From: an uncultured Pseudomonadales bacterium
GTDB taxonomy: Bacteria; Patescibacteriota; Microgenomatia; UBA1400; MFAQ01
Reading direction: 5' to 3'
Assembly: GCA_964509695.1 (NCBI GenBank)
Contig: CAZDXN010000003.1
Coordinates: forward strand, 1-55,428
Length of the DNA stretch: 55,428 nt
Shown here: positions 44,471 through 52,897 of the stretch, in pieces
How the letters are laid out: every line of letters starts with the position of its first letter
How positions within the stretch are numbered: the stretch's first letter is position 1
Translations under genes and position numbers: made by a program
Notes under the pieces: generated by a model
Told to the model about the DNA's origin: nothing
The model's input: the letters and a program-made list of their open reading frames with translations, nothing else
The model's database searches: none

Positions 44471-45202
44471 ATGAAAAAAAATGGTGGGGAGCTTTTGCTT
44501 GTCGATCATCGAAGTTTCTTTATTAGCCTCGACCTTGGGGGAACTTCTATTTGCTTTGAGAGTAGAGTAAGAATGGACGATGGTCGAATTGAGGCCATTG
44601 TAGTTGACGAATATAATCAGCGTTGGACTAAGGTAGAGCAGTTGTCGTGGAGAGCGGGGTTATTTGAGGTGAGCAATCATTATGGAGGAATCGTTAACTA
44701 CGATACTAGGGGGAATTTGCAAAGACTGAGGTTGCCCGTGGTGGAGTTTTTTGGGAGTTTGGATGAGATAGGCAGGCAGAATCTTTTGCCGGAGTTTCTT
44801 TTCGCCATGAATAGTATGTCTGCGGTTGGAGCTGAGATTACGGTGGACGTCGATTTGCGAGAGGGACTTTCCGATGGCAGTGGCACGGGCTGGGTTTATT
44901 TGGTTTGTGATAACCGGACAAGGCAGCTTAATCAAGGGAAGTTGGTGGGGTTTGAAGTTGGACCGAAGGTGGTAATGAAAGAAATCTACGGCATTGGTTT
45001 GTTTGATATAAACAATGATGTAATGGGTGTTTTGGGGGTGCAGGCCCAAGTGAGTGATGGAATGCTTTTTGTGGCCGTCGGCGATGGGAGGAAGATGGCG
45101 TTGACCGGTCGGCGGTTGAAGATTGACCCTGAATTGTTTGAGGACATTGGGACACCAGCGGGAACCCTGTTTCTTCTGAGCACGCTTCGAGCGATAGTGT
45201 AG
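44471..45202 (+). CDS. Hypothetical protein, tandem paralogue 2
   Basis: YDTRGNL and VGAEITVDVDL; TAGAAT-6-ATG. Confidence 0.8.
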   Translation: MKKNGGELLLVDHRSFFISLDLGGTSICFESRVRMDDGRIEAIVVDEYNQRWTKVEQLSWRAGLFEVSNHYGGIVNYDTRGNLQRLRLPVVEFFGSLDEIGRQNLLPEFLFAMNSMSAVGAEITVDVDLREGLSDGSGTGWVYLVCDNRTRQLNQGKLVGFEVGPKVVMKEIYGIGLFDINNDVMGVLGVQAQVSDGMLFVAVGDGRKMALTGRRLKIDPELFEDIGTPAGTLFLLSTLRAIV

Positions 45203-45211
45203 AATCGGCAA

Positions 45212-45958
45212 ATGGCAAGAATGGGTGAGTGTCTCGATCCGTATGGGGGATGTTGTGGAATTTGGAGTCATGAATTGGTTGGGGATTTTCCGGGGTATTT
45301 GCGGGTAGAAGCCTTTGGTGGGGAGTGGTCGGTGACGTATCTTAATGAAGAAGCGGGTTGGATGTCTGGAATAGCCTGGTCGTCCGAAGGCATTGTCATT
45401 GCTTCCGACGATCCTGTGGTGAAGTGTCATTACGATTTGAATGGTGAATTGGTAGCGGTGAAATTGGGACTCACTTCGCTGGTGAATCGTTTTGCGGAGC
45501 AAGGGATGGATCCGCATTTGGTTAATCAAAGTGACTGGAGTAGGCTAATCGATCTCGCCGACGCGGGAGATGAAATAAAGTTGGTTGTATTCTTCGGGGA
45601 TGATGAGTTTTCTCCCTATTGGTGTCTTTTGAGAACAAAGATCGGTCAGGAAAGCGGAGAGGCTTTAGAAGTTCAGGTGATCGATCGGATTTTGATGAAC
45701 CTTAGTGTGGGGAATGATGAACCCCTATTTGTCCGACCTTTGGGAGGATTTGATTTAAAATTTCGGTTGTTGATTGATGAAGGCGAGATGCGTTTTGGAG
45801 TGGTTGGTGAGGAGGACGAAGTTCCGGATCTAGTCATTCGACGGAATGTGGATTTTACCAACCTTAGAAATAGGATTCGATTTGACCGGGAAGCAAAGTG
45901 GCGGGATCTAAATAGCACTCTTGGTCGGGTCAGTTCGGCTTTGAAATTGTTGCCATGA
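45212..45958 (+). CDS. Hypothetical protein, tandem paralogue 3
   Basis: YDLNGEL and AGDEIKLVVFF; TAGAAT-6-ATG. Confidence 0.8.
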   Translation: MARMGECLDPYGGCCGIWSHELVGDFPGYLRVEAFGGEWSVTYLNEEAGWMSGIAWSSEGIVIASDDPVVKCHYDLNGELVAVKLGLTSLVNRFAEQGMDPHLVNQSDWSRLIDLADAGDEIKLVVFFGDDEFSPYWCLLRTKIGQESGEALEVQVIDRILMNLSVGNDEPLFVRPLGGFDLKFRLLIDEGEMRFGVVGEEDEVPDLVIRRNVDFTNLRNRIRFDREAKWRDLNSTLGRVSSALKLLP

Positions 45959-46927
45959 GATGGGGGTTTTGCCGGGAAGTTGAACTAGATCAATTTTCAA
46001 TTTACAATTTTTAATTTTCAAATAATTTTCAAGAGAGGTTCGAATAATTTTCAATTCAAGATTGCCAATTTTCGTCCAGGCGCCGGGATCGGGATTCAGT
46101 GAACGAATCAATGCATGAATTCGTTCACATTTGACATTGCTCATTTGACATTGCTCATTTGACATTTGAGATTTTTCAAGACATGGTTTTATTTCTTCCC
46201 AGGGGATGAAGGCGGATTGGCGGTTTCTGGTTTTGGTGGTAGAGGTGTAGGTGGCGAGGGTTTCGTTTTGGTGGGTTAGAAGAACCTCACCCCGTCCCTC
46301 CCCTTGATAAGGGGAGGGAGAAGAGGGAGAGGTAAGTGAGGATATTTTGGGAAGGTACTCGGCGAGGAGTTTAATGCCGCCTTGGGTAAGTTTGTTCGTC
46401 AGAGTTTCACAATTGTCGTTTATATCAATACTAACTTTTTCTTGGGAAATGATTGGTCCGGTATCCATTCCCTCATCCATAGCCATCAGGGTGACGCCGG
46501 TTTCGGAGTCCTGATTTTTGATCGCCTCGCTGATACACAGGGCGCCGCGGTATTTGGGAAGCAGAGAAAAGTGGAGGTTAAAGGTGCCGATAGTGGAAGC
46601 GGTCAACCAAGGCTTTGGAATGATCTTGCCGTAACTGACGACGAGAAAGAGATCGGGTTTTAGGAGTTTGAGGTGGGCCAGGTTTGCCTCGTCGAGTTTC
46701 TCGGGTTTGAAAACTGGGAGATTGTATTCGGTAGCGAGTTGGGCGACGGGAGACGGAGTCAGGATTTGTTTCCGACCGAGGGGTTTGTCGGGTTGTGTGA
46801 CTACCCCCGCGAGGCAGAAAAGGACCCCCTCTTTATCTCCCCCTTCGCTAGGGGGAGAGTTTTTTATTAGGGATTCGAGGATTTCGGCGGAGAAGGCGGG
46901 AGAGCCGAAGTAGACTAGGTTCGTCAT
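45908..46927 (-). CDS. fmt: Methionyl-tRNA formyltransferase with several repeat-derived inserts
   Basis: VVTQPDKPLGR, VVSYGKII, NLHFSLLPKYRGA, MDEGMDTGPI and IRSLNPDPGAW. Confidence 0.96.
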   Translation of the reverse strand: MTNLVYFGSPAFSAEILESLIKNSPPSEGGDKEGVLFCLAGVVTQPDKPLGRKQILTPSPVAQLATEYNLPVFKPEKLDEANLAHLKLLKPDLFLVVSYGKIIPKPWLTASTIGTFNLHFSLLPKYRGALCISEAIKNQDSETGVTLMAMDEGMDTGPIISQEKVSIDINDNCETLTNKLTQGGIKLLAEYLPKISSLTSPSSPSPYQGEGRGEVLLTHQNETLATYTSTTKTRNRQSAFIPWEEIKPCLEKSQMSNEQCQMSNVKCERIHALIRSLNPDPGAWTKIGNLELKIIRTSLENYLKIKNCKLKIDLVQLPGKTPISWQQFQSRTDPTKSAI

Positions 46928-47490
46928 AGGTTGATTGGCGAGAGGCCGTTTTCAGTTTCGCACAGGATTTGGCCCTTTTGTTCGATAATCCGGTCAGTGA
47001 AGAGGATGCCGTTGAGGTGATCGATTTCGTGCTGGATGTAGGCGGAGGAGACGTCACTGAATTCTTCAGTGACAGTTGACAGTTGACAGTTGACAGTTGA
47101 CAGTATGGGTATTTGGTATTGGAGTTTGATGGAGTAGGGACGGTCGACGAATCCCCAGATCTTGGGGATGGAGAGACAGCCTTCGAGCCAGCGGTCCTTC
47201 TTCTTTTTGTAGACGGAGCTAAGCATTTTCTGACTGATGGTGATGATTTCGGGGTTAATGAAGACCTTGGTGGTTTGTCTTTCCTCATCAAGGAGAATAA
47301 AGAGGCGTTTGTCGAGGCCAACTTGAGTGGCGGCCAGACCAACGCCCTTGGGATTGGTGGTGTGTTTGAGGATTTCTGCCATTTGGGCCACTTCTTTGGC
47401 GGTTTTCTTGTCCCAACCACGAATAGGCTTGGCCTTGTGCTTTAGGAATGAATGGGGTGTAGTCAGAATCTGCATATGGTCAGTTTTCAT
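46924..47490 (-). CDS. def: Peptide deformylase
   Basis: GVGLAATQVG, EGCLSIP and QHEIDHLNG; (GACAGTT)n insert at 47071-47105. Confidence 0.97.
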   Translation of the reverse strand: MKTDHMQILTTPHSFLKHKAKPIRGWDKKTAKEVAQMAEILKHTTNPKGVGLAATQVGLDKRLFILLDEERQTTKVFINPEIITISQKMLSSVYKKKKDRWLEGCLSIPKIWGFVDRPYSIKLQYQIPILSTVNCQLSTVTEEFSDVSSAYIQHEIDHLNGILFTDRIIEQKGQILCETENGLSPINL

Positions 47491-47887
47491 ACTCTTTTGG
47501 TGTTGTAGCTTTGCAGAAATTGTTTTTTAAAAGTTGTTTGTCCCAAGTGATAAGAGTGGCCTTGTTTAATTTGGTTGTGAGGGCAATAATTAGATCTGAA
47601 GTTTTTAGGGAAGACCGATTGGTTTTTAAGAAGGTGGCTAGGTCTTTAATGCTTTCCCTATTTATTTCCGAGAATTTCATCTGTGAAAAAATTTGGAATA
47701 TTTTTTCTAAATTTATAGCGCCATTTTGTCTTAAAATAACGACTACTTCTGCAGCTACTAAAGCTGGTAAAATTATTTGAGTGTTAGTTTGAGATATTTT
47801 TTGGAAAAATGATTTTGATTGGTGGGTGAGACCATCTTTCCCGAAATGAGAGATAAATACACAGGAATCAATGACGATTTTTTTCAC
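47480..47887 (-). CDS. PIN-domain toxin (VapC-like)
   Basis: IVIDSCVF, VAAEVV, KTSDLII and LITWDKQL. Confidence 0.9.
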   Translation of the reverse strand: MKKIVIDSCVFISHFGKDGLTHQSKSFFQKISQTNTQIILPALVAAEVVVILRQNGAINLEKIFQIFSQMKFSEINRESIKDLATFLKTNRSSLKTSDLIIALTTKLNKATLITWDKQLLKNNFCKATTPKEYEN

Positions 47888-48133
47888 CTAGTCTCTTTGT
47901 TTTCTGATTAGATTTATAGCCGAGTCTGACAACTTGACGCGAAGGGATTCTGGGTAGTCGGCTAGCATTTTTAGAGTTTGTCGATGGGGGGACATCCCTT
48001 TCTGCTTTGTTTTAATTACCAAGTCAGCGCCTTTTCTTATCAATTCCGACAAGCTAACGTTTTCGATCTTTGCCAAGTTTATTAGGTTGGCGTGCGTTTC
48101 TTCCGGTAGATATATTTGGGTCCTAGTCATCAT
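47888..48133 (-). CDS. CopG/RHH antitoxin
   Basis: RTQIYLPEE..LAKIENVSLSELIRKG; TTGACA-17-TAATAT-6-ATG. Confidence 0.88.
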   Translation of the reverse strand: MMTRTQIYLPEETHANLINLAKIENVSLSELIRKGADLVIKTKQKGMSPHRQTLKMLADYPESLRVKLSDSAINLIRKQRD

Positions 48134-48211
48134 AAATTAATATTAATGTATACATCACTATTTGTCAATAATCGCACCATTGACTTATAGTACAGGCGAA
48201 CTTAGAATCGG

Positions 48212-48985
48212 ATGATGGAGAAATTGTTGGAGCAAAGATGGGGGAGGGTAATGCGCTCACCCGAAGAGGTGTCAATGATTACCGATTTGGCTTGCGATCT
48301 GTGTGGAGGCGATGAGATGGAGGCGGAGAAACTGATTCATCGGGTATTATTTGAGATGCACAACCGGACTTGGGGTCTCAGCCTTCATGAGGGTGATCAG
48401 GACCAGCCGTTGGTGGAGACCAAGATGGTTTGCGAATATTTGAGGTTGGCGGTTGAGAGTCAGAGACCTAGCGATTTTCGGAAGTTGACCGAGAGGGCGG
48501 TGAATTTGGCGGCCAAGCGGCCTCACCAGATTTTGTTGTATCGATCGATGGTTCATGAGATGGGTGGGGAGAGAGAAGTAAGAGCTTTTGAGAAAGCGTT
48601 GGTTTCGGTGGGAGCGCATCTACCTCCGTTGGATGACGAAGACGTTCAAATTTATCAGAGGTTGGTCGGCAAGTCTTATTGGGAACTGGACTTGGATATG
48701 CTAAGACGGGTCTTTATATCAAATTTTTTGGCTTGGAAAGTTGGTATGCTCAAATTTGAGGAATTGGAAGAAGAGGAGATTCGACAATCGGAATTTCAAG
48801 CGGAAGTTTCGGTTTTTCTGACTGGAGTTCGGGCTGAGTTGAGACGAATAGCTAGGGTGATTGTGGCGAAAAAGGCCGTACCCGAAAGGAAGACGCCGGG
48901 ATTTTTCAGGAAGGAAATAGATGAGGATGATGATTCGACAGACGTAGGGATTGATATGGAGACGGCGCGGTCGTTTCTGGATTAG
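48212..48985 (+). CDS. Hypothetical protein (257 aa)
   Basis: Helical, acidic C-terminus; TAGAAT just upstream. Confidence 0.75.
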   Translation: MMEKLLEQRWGRVMRSPEEVSMITDLACDLCGGDEMEAEKLIHRVLFEMHNRTWGLSLHEGDQDQPLVETKMVCEYLRLAVESQRPSDFRKLTERAVNLAAKRPHQILLYRSMVHEMGGEREVRAFEKALVSVGAHLPPLDDEDVQIYQRLVGKSYWELDLDMLRRVFISNFLAWKVGMLKFEELEEEEIRQSEFQAEVSVFLTGVRAELRRIARVIVAKKAVPERKTPGFFRKEIDEDDDSTDVGIDMETARSFLD

Positions 48986-50916
48986 TTTTTGGTGAGAGTT
49001 TTGAGGGAGGCGCGGGCGGCATCGTAGTCGGGCTTCAAATTGATGGCTTTTTGGAAATATTTTTTGGCGGAATCGTTTTTTCCGGTGCTTTGGTAGAGCA
49101 GGCCGAGGTTGTAGGCGACCTTGGCGTCGGTGGGCGAGAGCTCGAGGAGGTTTGTAAGTGTCTGAATGGCTTCTTGATTATATTTAGGGTCAATAGTACC
49201 AAGATAAAGTTCGACCTTGGTTCGGCTTTTGTAATAATTCCCTTGGTATGGATTCATGGCGATGGCTTTGGTGGAGTTTGTGTCTGCCTGAATAATAAGA
49301 TCATTCATCAGTTGGACTGCTCCCGGTTTGTCAACCTGGCTTTTGATAGATGAAGCGGCCATGGCTTGGGCTTCGGCCAATTGCGCCCAGAAGAGGGGTT
49401 CGTCAGGAGAAATTCGGACGGCTTGTTCGAGATAGTCTAGGCTGGGCTTTAGGAGCTGTTGGTTGAGAGTTTGTTTGCCGCGGTTGTAGGCAAGGTCGGC
49501 CCTCCATTGGTTGACGGGGATTAATAGTAAATAAATGGTAATTAATAGTAATAGGGGGAGAGATAGCCATTGATTGATGTGGAAGTTGATAGATAGATGC
49601 TTTTCGATGGTGTCGCTATTGACTGAGGCGATGGCGGGGAAAAGAAAAAAGAAAAGGGCGACCGGGACGACCGAGAAGCCAAAGTAGTTGGTGATCATGA
49701 TGCCGAGATAACCAAAAAATAGAGGCTCGGGCCAGAGGAGCAAGAGGGAAGCGAGATTTAGAAAGAGATAGGTGGCGAGGCCGAAGAAGCCGGTGTTGGC
49801 TAGAGTATTGAGATATTCGTTGTGGGCTTTGTTGTAGAGGAATTCCCACTCGGAAAGGAGGTTGTGGATGGCGGGGCGGACTGAGAAATAAGAGTAGCCA
49901 AAGGTTTCGACGCCGGAACCAAAAAGAGGATTCCTCTTGGCTAGTTCCCGAGCTCCTTGCCAGACGACCTGACGAATAATCAGGGAGTCGGAGCCGCCGA
50001 TGCGCTGTTTCTTGTCCTGAACGACGAGCTGGTCCAGATTGGGAGGTCCGAGGGGGCTAATTTTTTGGAAGAAAGACCATTTGGAAGCGACCAAGAAAAT
50101 AGCAAGGGTGATGAGGGGAAGTGACATGAGTAACTTTTGGTAATTTGAGGTAATTGGTTGTAATTTTTTGACTAAGAAATAGACCAACATGGCGGCGAGA
50201 ACGACGGCGGTCGCGCCGAGGCCGGATTGGGATTTGGTGAACCAAATGGTGAGGAGGAAGAGAGTTGTCAGTAGGCAGTTGACAGTGATCAGTTTTTTGG
50301 TCTTGGCTTTGACGGCGAGGAAGATGGGGAGGGGGAGGAGAGCGACGAGATAGGCGGAGAGCCAGTTGGGCTGACCAAGGGTGGAAAAGACGCGGTTTTG
50401 GACGTCTTGAACCCAGAGCGACTTGTCGATACCGAAGTGCTCGGCGATTCCGTAGAGCGAGACCAGGGTGGCCGATGAAAGAATTGAAATGAGGACAAAT
50501 TTGATTTTGTAAACCTCTCCCTCGGACTCCCTCCCCTTGGTAAGGGGAGGGATGGGGTGAGGTGACATGTTGGTGACAAAAGCATAATAGAGAACGATGT
50601 AGGAGATGGTAGACATAAGCCCGCCGTGGAAGCGGGAGTAGTAGCCCCAGAGGCTGGTGTGAGTGTCGATGCTGAAAATAGTTGACAGAATCTGAGAAGC
50701 TAAGAAGAGAAGAATGGGAAGATCGAGGGGGGTGCGGCGGATGGTGATTTTCTTTTGGTTGATCCATTTGACTACCCAGGCGGCGGAGATGAGGATAGTT
50801 AGGACGTAGACGAGGAGCATTTTGTTGAACTCAAAGACCTCGGAAGTACCCGGCCAGAGGACGAGGGGGATGAAAAAAAAGAGGGCGTAGAAGAGGGACT
50901 CGATCAGCTTTGACAT
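48982..50916 (-). CDS. O-antigen ligase family polymerase with C-terminal TPRs
   Basis: RVFSTLGQPNWL, TKSQSG, PLFGSGVETF, KAHNEYL and C-terminal TPR helices; palindromic insert at 50513-62. Confidence 0.93.
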   Translation of the reverse strand: MSKLIESLFYALFFFIPLVLWPGTSEVFEFNKMLLVYVLTILISAAWVVKWINQKKITIRRTPLDLPILLFLASQILSTIFSIDTHTSLWGYYSRFHGGLMSTISYIVLYYAFVTNMSPHPIPPLTKGRESEGEVYKIKFVLISILSSATLVSLYGIAEHFGIDKSLWVQDVQNRVFSTLGQPNWLSAYLVALLPLPIFLAVKAKTKKLITVNCLLTTLFLLTIWFTKSQSGLGATAVVLAAMLVYFLVKKLQPITSNYQKLLMSLPLITLAIFLVASKWSFFQKISPLGPPNLDQLVVQDKKQRIGGSDSLIIRQVVWQGARELAKRNPLFGSGVETFGYSYFSVRPAIHNLLSEWEFLYNKAHNEYLNTLANTGFFGLATYLFLNLASLLLLWPEPLFFGYLGIMITNYFGFSVVPVALFFFLFPAIASVNSDTIEKHLSINFHINQWLSLPLLLLITIYLLLIPVNQWRADLAYNRGKQTLNQQLLKPSLDYLEQAVRISPDEPLFWAQLAEAQAMAASSIKSQVDKPGAVQLMNDLIIQADTNSTKAIAMNPYQGNYYKSRTKVELYLGTIDPKYNQEAIQTLTNLLELSPTDAKVAYNLGLLYQSTGKNDSAKKYFQKAINLKPDYDAARASLKTLTKN

Positions 50917-50938
50917 TCTTGCTTGATTATGCTATATT
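50910..50938 (+). promoter_or_regulatory. Sigma70 promoter with no downstream plus-strand ORF
   Basis: TTGACA-17-TATATT, followed by a hairpin at 50953-50994. Confidence 0.6.
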
Positions 50939-50982
50939 TTGATTATCACGATGGAGGGACACACCTAAGGCTCGTCCGAAGG

Positions 50983-51159
50983 TTAATGCCCTCCCCGTTT
51001 GGTTTTAGGGGTTGCTAATTTAATTTTTTGAGTATTCAGGAAGGTGATTTGGGAGACAAATCGGCGCAATAGGGCCGAGTATTTGTATTGATTGGGACCA
51101 AGGTTTAGGTTTTGGGAATCAATGAAGGCGTAAATGGGTTTTTGGCGGCGGGCAACCAT
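50983..51159 (-). pseudogene. Internally deleted NYN/LabA (PIN-like) nuclease remnant, 58 aa
   Basis: IYAFIDSQNLNLG N-terminus fused in-frame to a PNQYKYSALLRR.. C-terminal segment; TAAACT-7-ATG. Confidence 0.55.
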
Positions 51160-51322
51160 GAATTAAAGTTTAGCACGGAGGAGGAGAGAAAAAGAGAGAG
51201 TGAGGGCGTGTGGTTCTGACCGTATTTTAATTTGGTCAAGCACGCCCTCGGAGGAGAGTTAGTTCATTTCATTGGAGAAAATCTTTCTTTGCGCTTTTTT
51301 CGCGGCCCGCGGTGGGCTATTC

Positions 51323-51520
51323 TTAGGCCGGGAGGCCGAGGCGGATTTTGACGCCTTGGCGCACGGCTTGCCGGTTTTCGGAGCGGAGGAGTTTGGTTGC
51401 CGGGTGCTGTTTTTCGGCAGTCTCGGCGGCGACAAGTTCTTCAAAATCCCCGAGCCCATCGACTTGGAAATTACCTTTCCCGTTTGCACAGCGCCGGTCC
51501 GAGGTATTTCTTTGTGCCAT
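51323..51520 (-). CDS. Small hypothetical protein (65 aa)
   Basis: AGGAG SD; TTGACA-17-TATAAA promoter (51578-51606); downstream hairpin at 51202-49. Confidence 0.65.
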   Translation of the reverse strand: MAQRNTSDRRCANGKGNFQVDGLGDFEELVAAETAEKQHPATKLLRSENRQAVRQGVKIRLGLPA

Positions 51521-51652
51521 GATGAATTTTTCTCCTATGTTTAAAATGTGCTACCTACACGTTGTAGGGCTGTGGGTTTTATAGCATAAACGGCCGTGAA
51601 TGTCAAGTTATAGGGCATTTGGATTTTGTGGGGAAAGTGTTAGAATGGCCGT

Positions 51653-52276
51653 ATGGATGAATTATTGATGACCCCTGATGAATCGCGCCGAGGTCGAGCT
51701 GACAGTTTTGCGGCCTTTATTCCTCAGATAAATGGTTTGATTGATGCAAATAATTTAGAGCCGAGAGTGGCAAATGCTAATGTATTGGCTGGCGCGGTGA
51801 GGGTGGCTGACGCGAGATTGAAAGAAGGTGAGGATTACGCTGACTTAATGAAAAGATTCAAGAAATTGGTTGCAAATAAAGATAAAACTGAGTTGGTTGA
51901 CCTGACGATGGGGTCGTTTTTGACCGTAATTCTGACGAATGAGCGTTTGAACGGAGAATTGGTATTGATGTCTTCTGAGCTTGCGGGTTTGATTGTGAAG
52001 TATTATGGAGAGAGATTGGCAGAATTACGTAAAAATCCTAAGGATGAAAAATACCAAAGAATGGCGCATTTAATCGGGCAAACAATTGCTCGGGGTGAGG
52101 TGATGGCCAAGCCGGCAGGTGAGGCTAGTATCGATGATGTGATGGAAACAATTGGAGAGCCTGTTTATACGGACGCGTTGATAAATGGACTGAAGGAAAT
52201 ATTAACTGATGTTGATAAAGAGGCGGCAAATGAAAGCAAAAAGGGTGATCTGGTAAGAGCACAAACTGCTGAATAG
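51653..52276 (+). CDS. Hypothetical helical protein (207 aa)
   Basis: TAGAAT-6-ATG. Confidence 0.78.
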   Translation: MDELLMTPDESRRGRADSFAAFIPQINGLIDANNLEPRVANANVLAGAVRVADARLKEGEDYADLMKRFKKLVANKDKTELVDLTMGSFLTVILTNERLNGELVLMSSELAGLIVKYYGERLAELRKNPKDEKYQRMAHLIGQTIARGEVMAKPAGEASIDDVMETIGEPVYTDALINGLKEILTDVDKEAANESKKGDLVRAQTAE

Positions 52277-52307
52277 GAAAGTATTTTTTTCAACCGAGAG
52301 TGAGATT

Positions 52308-52335
52308 AAGAGGGCGGTCCGTCAACCGCCCTCTT
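52308..52335. terminator. Hairpin between convergent genes
   Basis: AAGAGGGCGGT-N6-ACCGCCCTCTT. Confidence 0.75.
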
Positions 52336-52339
52336 TGGA

Positions 52340-52897
52340 TTAGGGAACCGACGCCTTTTGGAGCGTCGGGATGTTTCCGGGGCAACCGACCCCTGTCGAC
52401 CAGGTTAGGCCCTGCTGGTCGAGTCTCTTTTGATTCGGGCCTTTGAGGAAATTCTCGAAGGTCGTGTCATAAGAGCTCGTCCAGGGAGCCTGGGCTCCCG
52501 GGGTGAAAACCGCCAGGAAACCACCACTGGCACGGACCCCATCGGCGACCCAGAGGATCCAGCGGATTACTCTTCCGCTTGAGTCCACAACGGCACCGCA
52601 CTGGACCCTATTCGGATCCGGGGCCCCGTTGACGGCCAAGGTCACCCAGCTCGCGAGAATGGCGGAGATGTTTGATCTGGCTAGGCTGGTGGCCCGGTTG
52701 GGGTTGTGGTTGGCATCAGTATGCCGACCGTCGGCTACTGCGGCGAACGTATCGCCGATTTCTTCCTTAGCCGTGACGGCGGCTGGAGGAAGACTGATTG
52801 CGGAAGGGGGGACGTGGGGGAGAAGAACGGGGAGGGCGGCCGCGATTAGGAGGGCGGCCAGAACGGGGATGGAAACGAATTTCATCGTGGCGGTCAT
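52340..52897 (-). CDS. Secreted/anchored hypothetical protein (185 aa)
   Basis: AAGGAGG SD; N-terminal signal/TM; two Cys; GC-rich. Confidence 0.8.
   Translation of the reverse strand: MTATMKFVSIPVLAALLIAAALPVLLPHVPPSAISLPPAAVTAKEEIGDTFAAVADGRHTDANHNPNRATSLARSNISAILASWVTLAVNGAPDPNRVQCGAVVDSSGRVIRWILWVADGVRASGGFLAVFTPGAQAPWTSSYDTTFENFLKGPNQKRLDQQGLTWSTGVGCPGNIPTLQKASVP

Noticed and set aside
44660-45529. 289-aa minus-strand ORF and other long shadow ORFs (e.g. 10225..11133, 534..1181, 41911..42549, 50057..50767)
   Set aside because: They are antisense to well-supported genes, with skewed H/P/R/S composition typical of off-frame reads.
50945-50995. Fluoride riboswitch (GATGGAG..TAATG..CTCC resemblance)
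   Set aside because: The pseudoknot pairing is absent and no crcB/eriC-type gene lies downstream; kept only as an unassigned hairpin RNA.
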